From Octopus vulgaris (taxonomy: Eukaryota): 64,000 nucleotides of DNA. The notes under the pieces are model-generated. The model did not search any database, was not told the origin of the DNA, and was given only the letters and a program-made list of their open reading frames with translations. Of this stretch, positions 54,726-64,000 are shown in pieces. Position 1 is the first letter of the stretch; each line of letters starts with the position of its first letter. Position numbers and translations under genes: made by a program. Location: contig OX597842.1 of NCBI GenBank assembly GCA_951406725.2, positions 8,494,001-8,558,000 of the forward strand. Direction: 5' to 3'.

Positions 54726-55168
54726 ATTTATTAAAAATCAGAAGTTGAAGAGTGACTAACAGCTTCATGTATTGCATCACCCAGTCTATGATATATATAT
54801 AAAAGTTTAACTGCTCTTTCTAGCGAGTCAGATGTCCTATTATGGCCATCACATATGTGTTTAAATGTATATTATATAGTCTATTGACTATTTTTTCTTT
54901 CTCGCTAGACCACTGGTAGTGGAGAATTTTTCTAGAATTTTTTTTACTACCCTAAAATTTATTACTATATATATATATACACACACACATATGGTTGTAT
55001 TATCGTGTGCTAAGAATGGTACAGTATAGACCCTACATCTTGCATGTAAGTAGGTGTGCTTCACCTCAGGTATAGGTACCCCTTTATTTTCAAGCTGTAC
55101 CCTAACCACACACACACACCTCAATGAGGGTGGGAACAGACAAAAACATATCACATTTAAGAAAACAA

Positions 55169-55268
55169 NNNNNNNNNNNNNNNNNNNNNNNNNNNNNNNN
55201 NNNNNNNNNNNNNNNNNNNNNNNNNNNNNNNNNNNNNNNNNNNNNNNNNNNNNNNNNNNNNNNNNNNN
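55169..55268. other. Assembly gap (100 N)
   Basis: Run of N. Confidence 1.
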
Positions 55269-55454
55269 ACATTTAAGAAAACAAAAAAAAAGACAACCTG
55301 AAGCAGGAACACTGCAAGAATATGTATATATGTATCAATGTGTGTATATATTTGTATGTATGCACATATGCATGTTGGTGTGTGTGTGTATATATATATA
55401 GATATAGATATATGTATGTATATGTATATGTATATATATATATATGTATGTATG

Positions 55455-55499
<45 letters not shown>

Positions 55500-55727
55500 C
55501 TCTCTCTCTCTTTGGGAGAGGCACAAGCACATACACGCACATGTACACACACGGCAGTAACTTCCGCCTGCCGAATTCAATCACAAAGCTTCGGTCGGCT
55601 CGGGGCTATAGCAGAAGACACCTACCCAAAGTGCCACACAGTGGGACTGAACCCGAAACCATATAGCTAGGAAGCAAGCTCCCTAACCACAGCCATGCCC
55701 GCGCCTATATATACATATATGTATATG

Positions 55728-55773
<46 letters not shown>

Positions 55774-55805
55774 CATATATGTAAATATGTATGTATATAT
55801 GTGTG

Positions 55806-55864
<59 letters not shown>

Positions 55865-56145
55865 GTATACATGTATACATGTGTATATGTATATATTTAT
55901 ATCCGCACCCCCCCCACACACACATACATTATATGTGTGTGTCGGGGGATGCCGATATAATATACATATAAATACTAATTTATATATATTATATATAATG
56001 TATATATATATATATATATATAGATAGACAGACACATATTAAGTTTAATTTAGTGCACTATACTAAGGGAGTCCCCAGCCAGTCATGGTGCGATAAGATA
56101 TGTAACATGTTTTATCTGGAGCAGAATCTTTACGCACCATTACTC

Positions 56146-56349
56146 CTACTCTTTTACTCTTTTATTTGTCTCAGTCATTTGACTGCGGCCATGCTGGAGC
56201 ACCGCCTTTCGTCAAGCAAATCGACCCCGGGACTCATTCTTTGTAAGCCCAGTACTTATTCTATCGGTCTCTTTTGCCGAACTGCTAAGTGACGGGGACG
56301 TAAACACACCAGCATCAGTTGTCAAGCAATGCTAGGGGGACAAACACAG

Positions 56350-56396
<47 letters not shown>

Positions 56397-56560
56397 TACG
56401 ACAGGCTTCTTTCAGTTTCCGTCTACCAAATCCACTCACAAGGCTTTGGTCGGCCCGAGGCTATAGCAGAAGACACTTGCCCAAAATGCCAAGCAGTGGG
56501 ACTGAACCCGGAACCATGTGGTTGGTTAGCAAGCTACTTACCACACAGCCACTCCTGCAC
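56146..56560 (-). mobile_element. Family A SINE
   Basis: Consensus match. Confidence 0.85.
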
Positions 56561-57104
56561 CGAGTATTATGTTTCTAATCTTTCATGAATGATGCTGTAT
56601 AGAAAGAGTATTTAACAGCAATCTATAAAAAAAAAAGCTGTTATGTAACCATTTTCAGTTGGAGAAAAAGGATCAACAGGAGACCCTATTTGTTGATAAT
56701 GTAGCCACCACATGTCTCTATCTTTTACTTGTCTCAGTCATTAGACTACAGCCATGCTGGGGCACCATCTTGAGAAAAAAGGTCAAAGGTCCTTCCTGAC
56801 CCATAGGCTCACAGGGCCAGTTTCCCAGATTCGGTGGCGTGTTTAGACCTTCTTTGATGGGACACTAGCTGAGTGGACTGGGGCGACATGAAATGAAGTG
56901 CCTTGCTCAAGAATATAGAGCATCTTGCAGTCCAGGAATTGAAACCACAATCTTACCATTATGAGTGCAGCACCCTAACAATTAAGTGCCACACACCTTC
57001 ATTTAATGTCCCCTTTTCCACACTTACATCTATCAAATGGGGAAACCTATTTTCTAGGGCCAAATGACCTTCTTGTTGCCAACCTTCACCTGTTCTCAAG
57101 TGAA

Positions 57105-57619
57105 GTTATAAGTTAAGTTAATTTTTTGGCTCAAAAAACAAAAAGCAAGGCCATGTAGGGGGACATGGAGTTATGTACAGGAAGGGTGTTCATATAAAGA
57201 GTTCAGGCCATTTGTGGTCAAGAGAGACTTTGAACCGAGCGGTCGTCGGCATCTTCACTATCTCGTTCGGCAGCTTATTCCACGGAACCGCAACCTGGAC
57301 GGAGAAAGCCCCTCTCCTTCGATTGAGATGAAATCGTCGTAGATAGAGCTTTTCGGAGTGACCCCGCAGCCGACGCTCTGGAGCAGGAGTGAAGAACAGC
57401 TCTTTCGAGAGGTTACACTTTCCGCTTATGATGTTGTGAGCAAGAATGAGATCACCACGGCAGCATTGTTTTTCGAGAGAATAAAAGTCGAGCGTCTTCA
57501 GCCTTTCTTCATAAGACAAATGCTTGAGACCAAGAACCATGCGGGTAGCCAGCTTCTGGACTCTTTCGAGATGATGTATGTCTTTGAGGAGATAAGGAGA
57601 AGAGGCTTGAATCCCGTAC
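57105..57619 (-). mobile_element. 5'-truncated CR1-clade LINE 3' end
   Basis: SPYLLKDIHHLERVQKLATRMV...LSYEERLKTL...RGDLI...RGHSEKL...WNKLP is a CR1 C-terminus. Short TAACT-type tail and a flanking 31-bp duplication. Confidence 0.9.
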
Positions 57620-58142
57620 TGTTGCCAGCCTTCACCTGTTCTCAAGTGAAATTATATTTCCCTTAGGCCAAACATGTCCTTTTTTAAAACGGAGGACTGG
57701 AAATATTACTTGTATGACAATGAACCTTATATTCTAAGATCACCTGATTTTAAAAGCAATCATTCATGTTCTGTCTTCTTTTACAATCCAGATATACTTG
57801 AACAAGTTTGTCTAAAAAATTTTTTAATCATATTCTTGAGTGAGTGAATGTGTTGCTTATGTAAAGATATGTATGTATGTGTATATGTAAAGGCATGCAT
57901 ATATATCTACATATCTATATATATGCATACATATTTGTGTTCAGGGAGGCATGCATAAATGTTTGTGTATCTGTGTACAAAGGTAAGAGGTATACATATG
58001 CAATTATATATATATATACATATATACATATATAAAAAATTCAGGGTGAATACTTGATAACTGTAAGCACCTGTATATGCCAGTTAGTGGTGTAGGTGAT
58101 AGGATATATTTATCAAAAGAAAAACAGGATGCAAAGGATTTA

Positions 58143-58229
58143 GCGGTACATATGTTTCTGGCTTTATTAAACAGTTTATATCAATGCATAACTGATATAA
58201 CATGTAGGTCAACAGCCTTCTTCAGCCGC
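58143..58229 (-). ncRNA. Type I hammerhead ribozyme with 60-nt stem II (GUA)
   Basis: Minus strand reads GCGG-CTGAAGA-A GGCT...TTATATCA...TGATATAA...AGCC A-GAA ACATATGT A-CCGC, with a palindromic stem III. Confidence 0.8.
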
Positions 58230-58432
58230 ATACAATTATCACACCTTTCTTTATCGACTGAAAAAACGGTATGGACGTTTTGTTTTGGTAACTCGCTATG
58301 CCATATACACCTATGAGGATTTACCTTTCCAATGAAACTGGTTTTTTTCCCAAACTTTTTCTCAAACCTGCTATAATGTAATACATGTCTTTGGTGTGGT
58401 AATTGCACGCGGCTGAAGAAGGCTGTTGACCT

Positions 58433-58816
58433 GGAAGCACTCCGTCAGTTACGACGACGAGGGTTCCGGTTGATCCGAATCAACGGAACAGCCTGCTCGT
58501 GAAATTAACGTGTAAGTGGCTGAGCACTCCACAGACACGTGTACCCTTAACGTAGTTCTCAGGGATATTCAGGGTGACACAGAGAGTGACAAGGCCGGCC
58601 CCTTGAAATACAGGTACAACAGAAACAGGAAGTAAGAGTGAGAGAATGTTGTGGTGAAAGAGTACAGCAGGGATCACCACCATCCCCTGCCGGAGCCTCG
58701 TGGAGCTTTAGGTGTTTTCGCTCAATAAACACTCACAACGCCCGGTCTGGGAATCGAAACCGCGATCCTACGACCGCGAGTCCGCTGCCCTAACCACTGA
58801 GCCATTGCGCCTCCAC
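58433..58816 (-). mobile_element. Family C SINE
   Basis: Near-identical to 3139-3524. TSD gctgttgacc(t) at 58422 and 58817. Confidence 0.9.
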
Positions 58817-59619
58817 GCTGTTGACCTACATGTTATATCAATTATGCATTGATATAAATTGTTCAATAAAGCCAGAAACATATGTACCGCTAAATCCTTT
58901 GCATCCTGTTTTTTCTTTTGATAAATATAACTATATATATATATACATATATACATGAAGGCATGCATGTGTGAATGTACATATGTCTTTTTCTCTCCTC
59001 ACACATACACACATATATACACACATATATACATACATACACATTATACACACAGACATGCATTTAAACAAAGACAATAAAAATAATGAATAACAATGCA
59101 ACAATATGATCGTTAATCTTTCAACACACGCTCGTTTAATAATGTATTTATATAATTTATAATATATAATATATATATATGTATATACACATGTTCATTA
59201 AATTCATTTTTTTTTAACAAAAAAAAAAAAATTCACTAACTTATTAATAAATTAATTAATATACACATTACACCTCTTTCCCCCACCCCCGTTTTTTTTT
59301 TTTTTATCTTACACCCCAGCAATAATTGACCCACCCCCACACCACCCCGCACCCTCAGCAAATAACACCTCCCCGGTGGCAATTGACACCTCCACCCACT
59401 CCCCGAATTTCAACAGCAATTGACCCCCTCCACCCCACCTCACCCCCACCCAGCAGTGACTAGCCACGGCATCGACCAACACATTCAGTCCGCTTGCGGG
59501 ACGACGTGTGCCGAAGCCTGTATGAGGCCGTTTTAATTAAGTATGAGCCGATAAATGTCAGATGACCACAGGTGAAAAAAAAAAAAAATAATAATAATAA
59601 TAATAATAATAATAATTAT

Positions 59620-62700
<3,081 letters not shown>

Positions 62701-62837
62701 AGTGAGTTATACATATGTGTGTGTATATATATATATATACATTTTGGTACTCCTTTCTACTACATTCAAAATGTGACCTTGTGTGTACCGTTGGCAATTT
62801 TTTTTCCTCTGTCTTCCCTTCTTTGGATCTTTCCTAT

Positions 62838-62872
62838 GTTTCCGACGAAGAGCTCTGCTCGAAACGTTAAAC
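62838..62872 (+). ncRNA. Minimal hammerhead fold with U4>C change (likely decayed)
   Basis: GTTT-CCGACGA-A GAGC TCT GCTC-GAA ACGT T-AAAC. Confidence 0.55.
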
Positions 62873-63177
62873 CCTCCTTCTTTCCTGAGCGTCCAATAAC
62901 ACTATACTTGTTCCACATCCTTGCATTGTTGTGTTTTTTTGTGCTTTCATGTTTGGATTAACTATATATACATACATACATACTAGCATACTACTTCTAG
63001 CATAAGGGTTGTCCACATAGTGGTCATCCCTCTCATATGTATGTAATACAATTTACTGAACCTTCAGATTTTAATATGCTAGACCACAGGTGTTAAATTG
63101 ATGTCAATTAAATTAATATCCAATTTCTCACCCTCATTTTAAATTTATATATATGTATATATATATACACACGTGTC

Positions 63178-63478
63178 GAGGCGCAATGGCTCAGTGGTTA
63201 GGGCAGCGGACTCGCGGTCGTAGGATCGCGGTTTCGATTCCCTGACCAAGCATTGTGAGTGTTTATTGAGTGAAAGCACCTAAAGCTCCATGAGGCTCCG
63301 GTAGGGGGTGGTGGCGATCCCTGCTGTACTCTTTCGCCACAACTTTCTCTCACTCTTTTTTCTGTTGGCCTGCTCGATTAGCCAGCGGGGTGGCGTCATT
63401 AAAAGGCTAAGACAATGCGAAGCGCATTGTGACCAGTGATGTGTAGCAACATCTGATAGCCTGGTCGGTCACAGTGAT
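63178..63478 (+). mobile_element. Family C SINE head with a third tail type (also at 44780-45056, minus)
   Basis: Same tRNA-like head, with tail ...gtagcaacatctgatagcctggtcggtcac. Confidence 0.8.
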
Positions 63479-63599
63479 ATATACACACACATATTTAGAA
63501 GTGTGTCTTTGTAGGCAGCTCTAGTAAACGGAAACTGAAAGAAGCCTGCTGTGTGTGTGCATATATATATATAGTACAAAGTATATATATAGACAAAGT

Positions 63600-63650
63600 T
63601 TTGTCAGTGAACAGGTTGCGGTCTCAAAGCGCCGAAAATATTTTGACAAA
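63600..63650 (+). ncRNA. Hammerhead fold with G3:C8 swapped core
   Basis: TTTGTCA-GTGAACA-GGTTGC GGTCTCAAA GCGCC-GAA AATATT T-TGACAAA. 7-bp stem I and palindromic AATATT stem III. A second family copy at 60787-60938 is truncated at GAAA. Confidence 0.6.
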
Positions 63651-63856
63651 TTAAATTTAAATGTTGAAGTGAATCTAACGGTTTTTGTGTGTTTCTTAAA
63701 TGGTTTATAAACACCTTCCATGCTGCAATTGTTTTCGTTCCAGCACATGATCTCAGATCAGGTCACTTGCTATGCAAGTACATCTCCGTAATATATATAT
63801 ATAGCGTGTAAAAATTACCTATTAAAGGTAGTTTTCTCTTGTGTTTAAATGTACAC

Positions 63857-63888
<32 letters not shown>

Positions 63889-64000
63889 TATATATATATA
63901 TACACACATATATATATATATAATATAAATCGGACATGGGTGATCGTTGCATTCTCTCTTGTCTTGAGGTTCACAGCCAAACGCCTGGGTGGATTCACAT

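Larger units (their letters stand above)
58107..58927. mobile_element. Penelope-like fold-back element; right arm interrupted by a SINE
   Basis: Arm 58107-58246 is mirrored by 58393-58432 plus 58817-58927. Confidence 0.75.

Noticed and set aside
59464-59566. Peptide RSLYEAVLIKYEPINVR resembling a GIY-YIG C-terminus
   Set aside because: Too short, with no upstream GIY-YIG motifs.
63179-63250. tRNA-like sequences (also at 3455-3520, 24265 and family A/B heads)
   Set aside because: These are SINE heads that continue into SINE bodies with TSDs and lack a proper acceptor stem.

Overview
AT-rich, microsatellite-dense eukaryotic DNA, not prokaryotic. The SINE and LINE families look like those of octopus/cephalopod genomes (recognised from memory, not searched). 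Most of the window is tRNA-derived SINEs of several families, 5'-truncated RTE and CR1 LINE fragments, decayed Tc1/mariner elements, a TAA-targeting element and simple repeats. Nearly all entries in the ORF track are microsatellite or SINE artefacts, and no complete gene is supported. A repeat-poor island at about 23.6-30.5 kb has exon-like splice signals and minisatellites rich in KLF/Oct/Sox motifs. The most striking signal is a set of short (TA)n-flanked elements, most of them fold-back, that look Penelope-like and carry at least nine type I hammerhead ribozyme folds. These include C3:G8, U3:A8 and G3:C8 versions of the core tertiary pair, and two have unusually long stem II arms. All folds and alignments were done by eye.
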